Notes: a model not told the origin generated them from the sequence alone. Counted from the first letter of the stretch, positions 1 through 10,407 are shown. The stretch: DNA of 46,830 nt from Pseudomonadales bacterium (GCA_029248675.1 JAQWIX010000016.1:1-46830), one strand, 5' to 3'. Program-made: numbers and translations.

Positions 1-906
1 GGGTTCGATCCTCAAGCCTGCACCGTAGTGAACGCTCTGGGCCAGCAAAGCCAAGACATCGCCATGGGCGTAGACGAGTCGGCAAATCATGAACAAGGGG
101 CTGGCGATCAGGGCTTAATGTTCGGCTACGCGTCAAACGAAACCGACGTACTTATGCCGGCTCCCATCGTGTATTCCCACCGATTGGTGGAGCAGCAGGC
201 CAAAGCCCGCCGCAGCAGCCTGTCGTTTTTGCGCCCGGACGCGAAGAGTCAGCTGACCTTCCGCTATGACGAAACTGGAAAGCCTATGGGTATCGAAGCG
301 GTAGTCCTGTCGACCCAGCACTCGCCGGACGTGGATCAGGCCACCCTGCGCGAGGCGGTCATGGAAGAAATCATCAAACCCGTGCTACCTCAGAACTGGG
401 TATCCAAGGACACCCAATTCCACATCAATCCCACAGGCCAATTCATTATCGGCGGCCCGGTGGGGGATTGCGGCCTCACTGGACGCAAAATCATCGTGGA
501 CACCTATGGTGGCATGGCACGTCACGGTGGTGGCGCATTCTCGGGCAAGGACCCCTCCAAGGTTGATCGGTCCGCCGCCTACGCCGGCCGCTACGTGGCC
601 AAGAACATTGTCGCCGCTGGATTGGCCGAGCGCTGCGAAATTCAGGTCAGCTACGCCATTGGCGTTGCAGAACCCACGTCCATCAGTGTTGAGACCTATG
701 GCACCGGTAAGCTTGCAGACAACGAAATCGTTCAACTTGTGCGTGAACACTTTGATTTGAGGCCCAAGGGCTTAATCGCGATGCTGGATCTCAAGCGTCC
801 CATTTATGAACAGACCGCCGCCTATGGCCACTTTGGCCGGACTGGCGATGACTTCACTTGGGAGCGCACAGACAAAGCAGACGCGCTGGCAGCAGCCATC
901 GCTTAA
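1..906 (+). CDS. metK: S-adenosylmethionine synthetase, 5'-truncated by window edge
   Basis: Motifs [35 protein letters not shown]; the frame is open back to base 1. Confidence 0.98.
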   Translation, partial: GFDPQACTVVNALGQQSQDIAMGVDESANHEQGAGDQGLMFGYASNETDVLMPAPIVYSHRLVEQQAKARRSSLSFLRPDAKSQLTFRYDETGKPMGIEAVVLSTQHSPDVDQATLREAVMEEIIKPVLPQNWVSKDTQFHINPTGQFIIGGPVGDCGLTGRKIIVDTYGGMARHGGGAFSGKDPSKVDRSAAYAGRYVAKNIVAAGLAERCEIQVSYAIGVAEPTSISVETYGTGKLADNEIVQLVREHFDLRPKGLIAMLDLKRPIYEQTAAYGHFGRTGDDFTWERTDKADALAAAIA

Positions 907-945
907 TTACAGGACTCGCAACGATGAGTTCTTTTAGGACTCATC

Positions 946-1812
946 ATGGCGCCAGAGCAAGACAGCAATCAATCCCACCCCCAAAGCTGCTTGAGCTTCG
1001 AGTTTTTCCCGCCCAAAACCGAAGCGGCCATGGATCGACTGGTCACCGGGCCGGCGATGAAACTGGCGGGGTTTAACCCGGATTTCGTCTCAGTAACCTA
1101 TGGTGCAGGAGGGGCTACTCGAGGGGGTACACCAGCCTTAGTGGGCAAACTCCTGGATGCCGGACTGAGCTGCGTGCCCCATTTGTCATTTGGCGGCAGC
1201 ACGGCAGATGAACTAAACACCCTAGTCGACCAATACAAATCCATGGGCATCAAGCAGCTACTGTGCCTGCGAGGTGATAATCCCGCCGAGGGAACCGACC
1301 AGCACATTTACGCCAAGGACTTGGTTCAATACATTCAAAAGCACTACCCCGAAGATTTTGAGTTGGTCGTCGCCGCCTACCCGGAAGTACACCCGGACGC
1401 TGCAAACGCCAAGGAGGATTTAGGCTACTTTGCGGACAAAGTGCGTGCAGGAGCCAGCTCGGCCATCACCCAGTACTTTTATTCGGCGGATGCCTACGGC
1501 TACTTTTTGCAAAGTTGCGCAAACGAAGGGCTGTCCCTTCCCATCCACGTTGGTGTCATGCCAATTACCAACATCGACGCTCTCGAGCGCTTCAGCGCCA
1601 AGGCAGGAGCAGACATTCCACGATGGCTGTCAAAGTCTATGGCTACCCATGCCGGGCATGAAAAAGATCTCATCGCCTTTGGCGTGGACATAGTGACTAA
1701 TCTTTGCGAGAAACTGCTGCAAATGGGTGCACCTGGGCTACACTTCTACACACTCAACCGTTGGGGAGCGAGTAGCCAAATCTGTCGCAATCTGGGCTTT
1801 CTCGAAACATAA
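946..1812 (+). CDS. metF: 5,10-methylenetetrahydrofolate reductase
   Basis: SFEFFPPKT, FVSVTYGAGG, LRGD, AAYPEVHP, ITQYF, LHFYTLN motifs. Confidence 0.96.
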   Translation: MAPEQDSNQSHPQSCLSFEFFPPKTEAAMDRLVTGPAMKLAGFNPDFVSVTYGAGGATRGGTPALVGKLLDAGLSCVPHLSFGGSTADELNTLVDQYKSMGIKQLLCLRGDNPAEGTDQHIYAKDLVQYIQKHYPEDFELVVAAYPEVHPDAANAKEDLGYFADKVRAGASSAITQYFYSADAYGYFLQSCANEGLSLPIHVGVMPITNIDALERFSAKAGADIPRWLSKSMATHAGHEKDLIAFGVDIVTNLCEKLLQMGAPGLHFYTLNRWGASSQICRNLGFLET

Positions 1813-1813
1813 C

Positions 1814-2542
1814 TTGTCACGTCTAAATCGTTTTTATATGCCCGGCGAACATACTGCCGGCCAAGTCCTACAGCTCGACGCCGAGCGCTCGAACTATGCG
1901 TGCAAAGCCCTGCGCCTAGCCGACGGCGATGCCTTGGACATTTTCAACGGGGTCGGTGGCCTGTATCGCTGCGAACTCGTTGAAGCCCATCAACGCCGGG
2001 CAAAAGTCCGGGTAGACGAGGCCGTGCCGGTACCCTCTCCCTCGGGACTGGCTCCATCCGTGGCTATTGGTTTGCTCAAGGGACAGGCCATGGACCGAGC
2101 CATTCAACAAGCCACCGAGTTGGGCTCCAAGGACATTTGGTTGCTTCAAGCACAACGAAGCAACGTATCTCTCAAAGACGGACGTATAGAGCAAAAGCTC
2201 GAACACTGGCGACGAATCATTGCCTCGGCCTGTGAGCAATGTGGCCAGCTTTGGATGCCTAATCTCCAAGGTCCCATCTCCGTTTCACAGAGCCTTGAGC
2301 TCGTCTGCGATGACCTAGAAGGTGTTGTCTTTGATCTCGATGGCAAAGTCCTACCAGCAACTAGGGAGCCTAAGCCTCGCCTGATTTTTATTGGCCCAGA
2401 AGGTGGTTGGAGCGATGAAGAACGGGCAAGCTTTCAGCGGCACCAGATCACGACCTATCGTTTAGGGTCCACGGTGCTACGAGCAGAAACCATGCCAGCG
2501 GTAGCATTGGCCTTGATTCAACAGGCCCAAAACTGGGCTTAA
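1814..2542 (+). CDS. rsmE: 16S rRNA m3U1498 methyltransferase
   Basis: IGPEGGWS and LGxxVLRAET SPOUT motifs, A(C)EQCG. In-frame TTG at 1814 chosen because it follows the metF stop directly. Confidence 0.95.
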   Translation: MSRLNRFYMPGEHTAGQVLQLDAERSNYACKALRLADGDALDIFNGVGGLYRCELVEAHQRRAKVRVDEAVPVPSPSGLAPSVAIGLLKGQAMDRAIQQATELGSKDIWLLQAQRSNVSLKDGRIEQKLEHWRRIIASACEQCGQLWMPNLQGPISVSQSLELVCDDLEGVVFDLDGKVLPATREPKPRLIFIGPEGGWSDEERASFQRHQITTYRLGSTVLRAETMPAVALALIQQAQNWA

Positions 2543-2545
2543 ATC

Positions 2546-3508
2546 CTAGCCCAAACGATGGAGTAGCTTGTGGGCAATGCGCGCCAAACTCTCCAGTTCT
2601 GCTCGCAGATCCTCGTCCACTGCCGTCTCATCGACCCGGCCAAGGGCATCCGCAACTAACGGTGGAACCGCCTCCAGCACCGTTGCTAACTGGGCGTTTA
2701 CGGCCGTCCCCGACCCTGGGGAATAGTCTTCCTGCGCCTCATCATCCAACATCTCGAAGCTGCCGCCTGAGGCTAAAACATCCGCTCGCTCAATAACCCG
2801 CTCGTAAGCCGCATCATCAATTTGCGAGGTTTGTTCTGAACCAGCTTGCGGCAGCGAAAGGGTCTCTAACAAAACTAGCGCCGCCCGCGAGACCTGAAGG
2901 TGATCCTGACTGGGTGCGAGGGTCCCATCCAACAAGCGGTCCAGCATGTTCATCAAAGACTCGCTGATTTCCCTGGCATCAGCCCAAGAAAGCAATTGGG
3001 CCAAGCTATGAATCTGAGCAAAACCTTCGCGCAGACTTTCAAATGCTGGTGTACCCCTAGCCGACTCTTGCTGCCAAGCATCCAAGGCTGTGGCTATTGT
3101 TCTAAGCGCCGCAAACCAGTTTTCTTCGTGGGGCGTGGCGGCCCCCAAGGTGGCCAAATCTGCCTCAATGTCCGGTAATACGGGGTCAAGCAGGGCCTGC
3201 ACCAAAACCAGTCCGTCAGCATCCACTGAGGCTCTGCCATCCAACTGCTTAAGTACCTTCCCCACATCCCGCAGCAACCCAAAGGATCGACTCGTCAGTG
3301 CTAGCTGGCCGCCTCGCTGAGCCGACAACCAACGATGAATTGGTTTCCATTGATCAGGGGCCGCAGTCAATCCTGCCATTTGCTTAACTGCGTTTTCAAT
3401 CAGCTCAAATCCTGCCCGCCGATCTTGATCAACAATGATCGAAAGCAGCCCTCGCTCGTACTCTTGCCTCAAGCGTTTTATTTCTTGGACTGGGATGGAT
3501 GTGGCCAT
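2546..3508 (-). CDS. Hypothetical helical protein resembling a collapsed ChpA/FimL (scaffold segment plus degenerate Hpt-like domain)
   Basis: Intact 320-aa ORF divergent from gshB. Segments KRLRQEYERGLLSII, LLRDVGKVLKQL and LMNMLDRLLDGTL resemble ChpA as I recall it; position matches the pil-chp cluster. Confidence 0.6.
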   Translation of the reverse strand: MATSIPVQEIKRLRQEYERGLLSIIVDQDRRAGFELIENAVKQMAGLTAAPDQWKPIHRWLSAQRGGQLALTSRSFGLLRDVGKVLKQLDGRASVDADGLVLVQALLDPVLPDIEADLATLGAATPHEENWFAALRTIATALDAWQQESARGTPAFESLREGFAQIHSLAQLLSWADAREISESLMNMLDRLLDGTLAPSQDHLQVSRAALVLLETLSLPQAGSEQTSQIDDAAYERVIERADVLASGGSFEMLDDEAQEDYSPGSGTAVNAQLATVLEAVPPLVADALGRVDETAVDEDLRAELESLARIAHKLLHRLG

Positions 3509-3696
3509 GGTAGCTTGATCTCGCGGTGACTTAGTTCGTTAGGTATCTGCGAGATACCGCAACAGCTGCATCATACCCGTCTGGCGTTTTGGCTCCAGAT
3601 CAACTGGGATCTTCCTCGATGGATCTGCCTCAATCCATTTGCGTCGTTGGCCCAACAATCGTTACCGTAGCGCTTTACCAATCTGCGGAACCCGCC

Positions 3697-4671
3697 ATGA
3701 CTAAAATCGCTTTTCTGATGGATCCCATTGAATCCCTCGCGATCAAGAAGGACTCTACCCTCGCTATGATTCGCGCAGCGCAGCTGCGTGGTCTTGAGGT
3801 GTTTTATCTCCGCCAAGAGGATCTGATGATTAGCGAATCTCGCGTACAGGCCAGCTTACGAAGCCTGACCCTAAACGATGCGTTTGTGGAAAAACTGGAT
3901 CCCGAGACTGTCGATCATGGCGCAAGTCGTTGGTATGAGCTTGGCGAGCCTCAGCAGCAACCGCTTGCCGACATGGACATTGTCATGATGCGCAAAGATC
4001 CACCCTTCGACATGGAGTATATTTACACCACCTATCTTCTTGAAATGGCCGAAAACGAAGGCGTGAGAGTGGTCAATCGACCCGGCGCCTTACGAGACTG
4101 CAACGAAAAACTTTTCGCCACCACCTTTCCCCAGTGCTGTCCGCCGCTCATCGTCAGCCGACGTATGGATGTGCTCAAACGCTTCCATTTGGAACACAAA
4201 AACGTCGTGTTCAAAAAACTCGACGGCATGGGCGGAGCATCGATCTTTCGAGTAATGGAGTCAGATCCGAATCTGTCAGTGGTTCTGGAGACCCTAACCA
4301 ACAGCGGGAAAGAACAAATCATGGGGCAGGTCTATCTACCCGAGATTGTTGACGGCGACAAACGCATCCTCATCGTGAACGGTGAGCCGGTACCCTATGC
4401 CTTGGCAAGAATTCCGTCCGCCGGCGAAACTCGAGGCAATCTTGCCGCTGGCGGCAGGGGTGAGGGCCGGCCCCTGACGGATCGAGACCGATGGATTGCA
4501 GAGCAGGTTGGTCCCGAACTGAAAAAGCGCGGCCTGAACTTTGTTGGTATTGATGTCATCGGTGACTACTTGACGGAAATCAACGTCACATGCCCGACCT
4601 GTATTCGAGAATTAGACAGCCAATTTGGCTTGGACATCGCAGGGGACTTGATGGACTCGCTCTTACTCTGA
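3697..4671 (+). CDS. gshB: Glutathione synthetase
   Basis: MDPIE..KKDST, MRKDPPFD, RGNLAAGG, EINVTCPT; ATG at 3697 gives the canonical N-terminus. Confidence 0.97.
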   Translation: MTKIAFLMDPIESLAIKKDSTLAMIRAAQLRGLEVFYLRQEDLMISESRVQASLRSLTLNDAFVEKLDPETVDHGASRWYELGEPQQQPLADMDIVMMRKDPPFDMEYIYTTYLLEMAENEGVRVVNRPGALRDCNEKLFATTFPQCCPPLIVSRRMDVLKRFHLEHKNVVFKKLDGMGGASIFRVMESDPNLSVVLETLTNSGKEQIMGQVYLPEIVDGDKRILIVNGEPVPYALARIPSAGETRGNLAAGGRGEGRPLTDRDRWIAEQVGPELKKRGLNFVGIDVIGDYLTEINVTCPTCIRELDSQFGLDIAGDLMDSLLL

Positions 4672-4690
4672 CCCATCGGCGCCCCTCGTT

Positions 4691-5446
4691 ATGTATATGG
4701 CTTCGGATCGACTGTACTTTACGCTTTTGCTCGCCATCGGCCTGCATGGCGTCGTGCTGCTGGGTTTGAATCTTCGGCCTCCGATCCAACCCATAATTGC
4801 CCCTCCGCTGGCGCTGGAGTTAGTCCCCGGGGGTGATGCCCAAACCCAGGCCAGGGAGCAAAAAACCAGCACACCGAAGCCAAAGCAATCCGTGGTGGCC
4901 CCAGCTAACCCTGAACCGACCCCTCAGATAACGACTCAGCCACTCGCCAGCGAGCAAGCAACAACCAAACAGCCAAAACTAAACCCACCGAGTAGACCCA
5001 GAACGCCTGAGAACCTAAATCCGACTCTGAAACTAGACCCCAGTCGGGTAGCCCAACAAATTGCAGCCCTAGATGACCGGCGCAGATTGGAGCTGGGCGA
5101 CAGCCGTACTCGCCACCTGAGCAATGCAGGAACACTGAGTTCGGCAGAGAGCGCCTATTTGGCCATGTGGCGTCGCAAATGTGAACGTATCGGGTCCAGC
5201 AATTACCCCTCAGACAACCTTCAAGGTGAACTGACCCTAAACATTGTTATTCATCAAAGCGGCCAGCTACTGGACGTTTCTCTGCTTCGCTCATCGGGAC
5301 ACCCGGCTTTAGACAAAGCCGCATTAGCCACAGTCCGCCAAGCATCACCCTATCAACCCTTCAACGTTGAGATGCGCAAGCGCTATGATCGGCTATCCTT
5401 TACACGCACCTGGCAATTCAGCCGGCGCAGCACGCTGATTAACTAA
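4691..5446 (+). CDS. Energy transducer TonB-family protein
   Basis: N-terminal TM helix with His (AIGLHG), Pro-rich linker, C-terminal SSGHPALDKAA; follows gshB as in Pseudomonas. Confidence 0.85.
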   Translation: MYMASDRLYFTLLLAIGLHGVVLLGLNLRPPIQPIIAPPLALELVPGGDAQTQAREQKTSTPKPKQSVVAPANPEPTPQITTQPLASEQATTKQPKLNPPSRPRTPENLNPTLKLDPSRVAQQIAALDDRRRLELGDSRTRHLSNAGTLSSAESAYLAMWRRKCERIGSSNYPSDNLQGELTLNIVIHQSGQLLDVSLLRSSGHPALDKAALATVRQASPYQPFNVEMRKRYDRLSFTRTWQFSRRSTLIN

Positions 5447-5507
5447 ACTCAATGCCGAGTCCAGCAATCAGAAACCGTATGAACATGGGCACTTGCTCTG
5501 GAAAACT

Positions 5508-6056
5508 ATGAATCTGACCAACCATTTTTTGCTCGCCCTACCTACGTTGCAGCAGGACTATTTCGCCGCAACGCTGACATATATTTGCGAGCACAGCGCT
5601 GACGGTGCCATGGGAATCGTGGTCAACCAGCCATCGGACATCAGCGTATTCGAGCTACTCAATAACCTAGGCCTTCAGCCCAGCAGGCGCTGGATCGATG
5701 ACCCGGTAATCGCCGGCGGCCCAGTATCGACGGACCGAGGCTTTATGCTCTACGCCGCGGAGGACACCTACGAATCATCACTGACGGTCACAGATGGGGT
5801 ACACCTAACTAGTTCGCTAGAGTCACTGCGAGCCGTTGCCGATAACGAGGGCCCGGAGCAGTTTTTGATCGCGCGAGGGTACGCGGGCTGGAGCGCCGGC
5901 CAGCTGGAATCGGAAATAGCCCGCAACGTTTGGCTAACGGTAGAAGCCAGCCAGTCCATCTTGTTCGAGCAACCCTTCGAGCAACGCTTGGACGCTGCTG
6001 CAAAGACCCTAGGTGTCGAGTTAAGCCTCGTGGCACCGGAAGCTGGCTACAGCTAA
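5508..6056 (+). CDS. yqgE: YqgE/AlgH family protein
   Basis: NHFLLA, EHSADGAMG, GGPV, GYAGWSAGQLE motifs. Confidence 0.95.
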   Translation: MNLTNHFLLALPTLQQDYFAATLTYICEHSADGAMGIVVNQPSDISVFELLNNLGLQPSRRWIDDPVIAGGPVSTDRGFMLYAAEDTYESSLTVTDGVHLTSSLESLRAVADNEGPEQFLIARGYAGWSAGQLESEIARNVWLTVEASQSILFEQPFEQRLDAAAKTLGVELSLVAPEAGYS

Positions 6057-6095
6057 TGAAAGCAAAGCCAGTATCGTCACTAATTGGAACGACTT

Positions 6096-6521
6096 ATGAA
6101 TGAGGGCTATGTGCTCGGCATAGATTTCGGTCTTAAGCACATCGGCATTGCCGTAGGCCAGACGGTTACCCGAACCGCCAGCGGCTTAGTGACCTTGGCT
6201 GCTAAAAATGGCAAGCCCAACTGGGCCGAACTGAGTGAGCTAATCCAACAATACCGGCCCATCGCCGTCGTAGTTGGTCTACCCCTAAATATGGACGATA
6301 CCCCTTCTGAAATGTCTGAACGTGCCACCGGCTTTGCACAAGAACTTTCCTTACATACACGCCACCCAATTTTTCTCGCTGACGAACGACTCAGTTCATG
6401 GGCAATTAGGTCCTCAGAAGACGGGGCCGATGACGGCATTCACAATGCGTCTGCTTCCTTGATCGCCCAAACCTTTTTAAATGATCCAGCCAACTGTCAG
6501 CGCATTGGCGAGGACGTCTAA
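6096..6521 (+). CDS. yqgF: Pre-16S rRNA nuclease YqgF/RuvX
   Basis: IDFG..IGIAVG, VVGLPLNMD, DERLSS; directly follows yqgE. Confidence 0.93.
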   Translation: MNEGYVLGIDFGLKHIGIAVGQTVTRTASGLVTLAAKNGKPNWAELSELIQQYRPIAVVVGLPLNMDDTPSEMSERATGFAQELSLHTRHPIFLADERLSSWAIRSSEDGADDGIHNASASLIAQTFLNDPANCQRIGEDV

Positions 6522-6545
6522 CCTCTACTTACTCAGGAGCTTTCT

Positions 6546-7247
6546 ATGGTCTCTGCCATCGATAACGGCTTTGATACGCGACTCGATCAGTTAAACGCGA
6601 GGATCCTGCGAGCCTGCCAAGAGTGTGGTCGAGATCGGCGGTCGGTTCACTTAATCGGCGTCAGTAAGACCAAGCCAGCAGCAGATGTCATCGCTGCCCA
6701 CAGTGCTGGTGTTACCGACTTTGGCGAAAACTACTTGCAGGAAGCCATCGACAAAGTCGGTCAGCTAGCCCACCTGGATCTGACATGGCATTACATCGGA
6801 AACATTCAGTCGAACAAGACCAAGGATATCGCCAGCCACTTCGACTGGGTGCACACCGTAGATCGCGCAAAGATCGGTAAGCGTTTGAGCGAACAGCGTC
6901 GAAGTGAACGCCCCCTGCAAACCCTCATTCAGGTCAACATTGATGACGACCCCAATAAAGGCGGCTGCCAAGCCCAGGAGTTGCCGGAACTTGTGGAGGC
7001 GCTTGCATCACTGCCCAATCTCGAACTTCGCGGTCTAATGACAATTCTTAGTCAAGGCTCGGATCCTAGGGCAAGCTATGAAAGCGTGGCACAATTGCAC
7101 CGCGCCGCAGGAACGCTCTTACCGACGGCTGCCCAGCGAGGCTGGAACGCTCTGTCCATGGGTATGTCAGGAGACATGGAGCATGCCATCGCGGCGGGTG
7201 CGACCCATATACGCATCGGCACGGCGCTTTTTGGCCAGCGCACTTGA
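6546..7247 (+). CDS. yggS: PLP homeostasis protein YggS
   Basis: VSKTKP, FGENYLQE, WHYIGxIQSNK, LSMGMSGD, RIGTALFG. Confidence 0.96.
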   Translation: MVSAIDNGFDTRLDQLNARILRACQECGRDRRSVHLIGVSKTKPAADVIAAHSAGVTDFGENYLQEAIDKVGQLAHLDLTWHYIGNIQSNKTKDIASHFDWVHTVDRAKIGKRLSEQRRSERPLQTLIQVNIDDDPNKGGCQAQELPELVEALASLPNLELRGLMTILSQGSDPRASYESVAQLHRAAGTLLPTAAQRGWNALSMGMSGDMEHAIAAGATHIRIGTALFGQRT

Positions 7248-7294
7248 GCCACCGGCTAAGAGATGATTTACGTATCGATTTTGGAACAACGAAA

Positions 7295-8107
7295 ATGACC
7301 ATTGCTTTTATCGGCGCCGGCAACATGGCTGGCAGCCTTATCAAGGGGCTGCAGAACAGCGGCACACCGGCGCAACAAATCACTGCCGCAGACCCCTTTC
7401 AAAAGCAGTTGGACGGCTTCGCCGACTTAGGCATCAATACGACCCAAGACAATGCCTTGGCTGTCGCCAACGCTGACGTGGTCGTTCTGGCAATAAAACC
7501 GCAAATTACTGGCCGCGTTCTGACCGAACTGCCGGCTCTGGCACCAGACCAATTGGTGATCTCCATCGTCGCAGGCATCGACATGCGCAGCCTGCAGGAC
7601 TGGTTGCCGGACAATCAACCCATTGTTCGCTGTATGCCTAACACACCAGCCCTGCTAGGGGCTGGTATCACAGGACTCTATGCCAACGCGTCGGTGACGG
7701 ATGACCAGCGCGCTGGAGCTGAACAAATCCTTAACGGTGTAGGCTCCAGTGTTTGGGTCGCGGAAGAAGGTCTATTGGATGCGGTAACGGCGGTATCAGG
7801 CAGCGGCCCCGCGTACTATTTCTTGCTCATGGAGAGCATGGTGGCCAGTGCTCAGGCTCTTGGGCTGGACGCTGAAACCAGCCGTAAATTGGTGGTTGAG
7901 ACGGCCCGAGGAGCGGCGCTTATGGCCTGTGAGCCAGAAGCAGATCCAGCAACCTTGCGGCGTAATGTGACCTCCCCCGGAGGCACTACCGAGGCGGCTC
8001 TAAACGTCATGTCTGACCAGTCTTTACCTCAAACAGTAGACAATGCCTTACAGGCAGCAGCAGCGCGCGCCAAAACCCTAGCCAAAGAATTTGGGAGCCA
8101 AGCATGA
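7295..8107 (+). CDS. proC: Pyrroline-5-carboxylate reductase
   Basis: FIGAGNMA, RCMPNTP, SGSGPAY, VTSPGGTT. Confidence 0.97.
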   Translation: MTIAFIGAGNMAGSLIKGLQNSGTPAQQITAADPFQKQLDGFADLGINTTQDNALAVANADVVVLAIKPQITGRVLTELPALAPDQLVISIVAGIDMRSLQDWLPDNQPIVRCMPNTPALLGAGITGLYANASVTDDQRAGAEQILNGVGSSVWVAEEGLLDAVTAVSGSGPAYYFLLMESMVASAQALGLDAETSRKLVVETARGAALMACEPEADPATLRRNVTSPGGTTEAALNVMSDQSLPQTVDNALQAAAARAKTLAKEFGSQA

Positions 8108-8640
8108 ACCAGACGCTGTACATGATCGTCGATTTGATCTTTCGCCTTGCGACCATGTTATTCCTAGTGCGGTTCCTGTTGCAGGCCTGTGCTGCCGACT
8201 TCTACAACCCCATCAGCCAAGCCGTCGTTAAAGGCAGCGAAGGCATCGCCGGCCCCCTTCGTCGCCTGCTCCCGAAAACCGGACGATGGGATTTTGCGTC
8301 CTTGATCCTCGCTTGGCTCATGGGCATCGCGTTTGCTGCCCTGATCACCATGGGCAGTCTCGGCCCCGCACAGTACTTGGTGGCTGGCTTGATTCGAACG
8401 CTGACTATCTTGGTGGACTTTTATTGGTGGTCAACGCTGTTGCTGGTAATCGCCAGCTTTGTTACCCAAGGCAATTACCATCCGGCCCTGTCTCTGCTGG
8501 AGGAGCTCTTGGCGCCACTCATGACGCCACTAAGAAACATTCTGCCTACCGCAGGCCCACTGGATTTTTCCCCCATGGTTTTGATTTTGTTGCTCTCGAT
8601 ATTGCAACAATCCCTGCCAAGGGCTTACGGGTTGGTATAG
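8104..8640 (+). CDS. yggT: YggT family membrane protein
   Basis: [21 protein letters not shown]; follows proC. Confidence 0.93.
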   Translation: MNQTLYMIVDLIFRLATMLFLVRFLLQACAADFYNPISQAVVKGSEGIAGPLRRLLPKTGRWDFASLILAWLMGIAFAALITMGSLGPAQYLVAGLIRTLTILVDFYWWSTLLLVIASFVTQGNYHPALSLLEELLAPLMTPLRNILPTAGPLDFSPMVLILLLSILQQSLPRAYGLV

Positions 8641-8644
8641 ACCC

Positions 8645-9808
8645 ATGACGTTTCCAAAGAATTCCGTCGGCTTAGTCACGCCGCAGCGCTATGTCTGCGA
8701 CACCCCGCTCGCCTTGCAGAACGGCGACACCCTAGACGGCTATGAGCTGGTTTATGAAACCTACGGCAAGCTGAAAGCGGATAAATCTAATGCATTGCTG
8801 ATCTGTCACGCCCTGTCAGGCCATCATCACGCCGCCGGGTACCACAGTGAGGACGATGCCAAGCCTGGCTGGTGGGACGCCTGCATTGGTCCGGGGAAAG
8901 CCATCGACACCGATCGCTTCTTCGTCGTGAGTCTGAACAACCTTGGCGGCTGCCATGGCAGTACGGGGCCACGAACCCTTAACCCAAGCACGGGCAAGAG
9001 CCATGGACCGGACTTTCCCAATGTTGTGGTAAAAGATTGGGTTAATAGCCAAGTGGCTCTGGCGGATCACCTTGGTATTAAAACTCTCGCCGCCGTTGTC
9101 GGGGGCAGCCTCGGCGGCATGCAGGCCTTACAATGGGCCATCGACTACCCGGATCGCGTAAAAGCCTGTGTCGCTATTGCGTCGGCGGCGAAACTGTCAG
9201 CCCAAAACATCGCGTTCAATGAAATCGCACGCCGCGCCATCACCAGTGACCAAGACTTTAATGAGGGCCGCTACTTCGACGCGGAAAAAAATCCGGAGCG
9301 GGGCCTTGGCCTGGCACGGATGATCGGCCACGTTACTTACTTATCCGACGATGGCATGGGTACTAAGTTCGGGCGGGATATCAAGTCTGGAGATTTTGGC
9401 TCGGGTGCCGATGTGGAGTTTCAGGTTGAAAGTTACTTGAACTATCAGGGCCGGGCGTTCACTCAATACTTCGATGCGAATACTTATCTGCTTATGACTA
9501 AGGCCTTAGACCACTTCGACCCTGCTAGAGAAACCAATGGTGACCTAGTCGAAGCGTTCGCTCCGGCTTTGTGCAAATTTTTAGTGCTGTCTTTCAGCTC
9601 GGACTGGCGGTTTTCCGCCGAACGCTCACAAGAGATTGTCGACGCCTTGGTGCGCGCCAAAAAGAATGTTGCCAGCGCTGTGATCGAATCTGAACACGGT
9701 CACGATTCCTTTCTGCTTCCCATTGAGCGATATGTAGCGGCTCTTGGCACCTTTTTGAATCAGTCCCTTGCCGAACATCCTAACCAAGCCGACGGAGAGC
9801 CAATATGA
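8645..9808 (+). CDS. metX: Homoserine O-acyltransferase, MetX family
   Basis: [15 protein letters not shown] nucleophile motif, FDANTY, HGHDSFL. Acetyl versus succinyl specificity not resolved. Confidence 0.96.
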   Translation: MTFPKNSVGLVTPQRYVCDTPLALQNGDTLDGYELVYETYGKLKADKSNALLICHALSGHHHAAGYHSEDDAKPGWWDACIGPGKAIDTDRFFVVSLNNLGGCHGSTGPRTLNPSTGKSHGPDFPNVVVKDWVNSQVALADHLGIKTLAAVVGGSLGGMQALQWAIDYPDRVKACVAIASAAKLSAQNIAFNEIARRAITSDQDFNEGRYFDAEKNPERGLGLARMIGHVTYLSDDGMGTKFGRDIKSGDFGSGADVEFQVESYLNYQGRAFTQYFDANTYLLMTKALDHFDPARETNGDLVEAFAPALCKFLVLSFSSDWRFSAERSQEIVDALVRAKKNVASAVIESEHGHDSFLLPIERYVAALGTFLNQSLAEHPNQADGEPI

Positions 9809-10407
9809 CCCTGCGTGGCGATTTGGTTTTGATCCGTGACTTGATAAACGCCAACGCTCGAGTTTTGGATCTTGGCTGTGGTACCGGCGATCTGCTGGCG
9901 AACTTGCAGACGACGAAAAACGTAAACGGCTATGGCTTGGACAAAGATCCGGCCAATATTCAGGTCTGCCTTAGTAAGGGCGTTAACGTTATCGAGCAGG
10001 ATCTGGATACCGGCCTAAGTAATTTCGCCGATAACAATTTTAATATGGTAGTGATGACCGACGCTCTTCAAGCGGTTCGTGATCCACGTGGGCTTCTTCG
10101 CGAAATGCTCCGAATCGGCGAGGAATGCGTGGTGACCTTCCCCAACTTTGGCCACTGGCGTTGCCGCCTTCAACTGGGTCTAGGAGGGCAGATGCCGGTT
10201 TCCAAACACCTGCCCCATGACTGGTTCAACACGCCCAACATCCATCTGTGTACGACCCAAGATTTTGAGCGCCTGTGTCGCGAAGAAAACTTTCGCATCA
10301 TTCAGCGCCGAGTTGTGAACACCCAGTACACAGAACACTGGTCCATCCAACTGGCACCAAACCTGTTCGGCAGTCATGCCTTTTATCGTCTCGGGAGAAC
10401 CGCGTGA
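9805..10407 (+). CDS. metW: Methionine biosynthesis protein MetW
   Basis: [29 protein letters not shown]; overlaps the metX stop. Confidence 0.96.
   Translation: MTLRGDLVLIRDLINANARVLDLGCGTGDLLANLQTTKNVNGYGLDKDPANIQVCLSKGVNVIEQDLDTGLSNFADNNFNMVVMTDALQAVRDPRGLLREMLRIGEECVVTFPNFGHWRCRLQLGLGGQMPVSKHLPHDWFNTPNIHLCTTQDFERLCREENFRIIQRRVVNTQYTEHWSIQLAPNLFGSHAFYRLGRTA

Noticed and set aside
3542-3558. Inverted repeat GGTATCT-GCG-AGATACC between the mini-ChpA gene and gshB
   Set aside because: Single 7-bp-arm palindrome with no U tract, no second copy and no known operator match.
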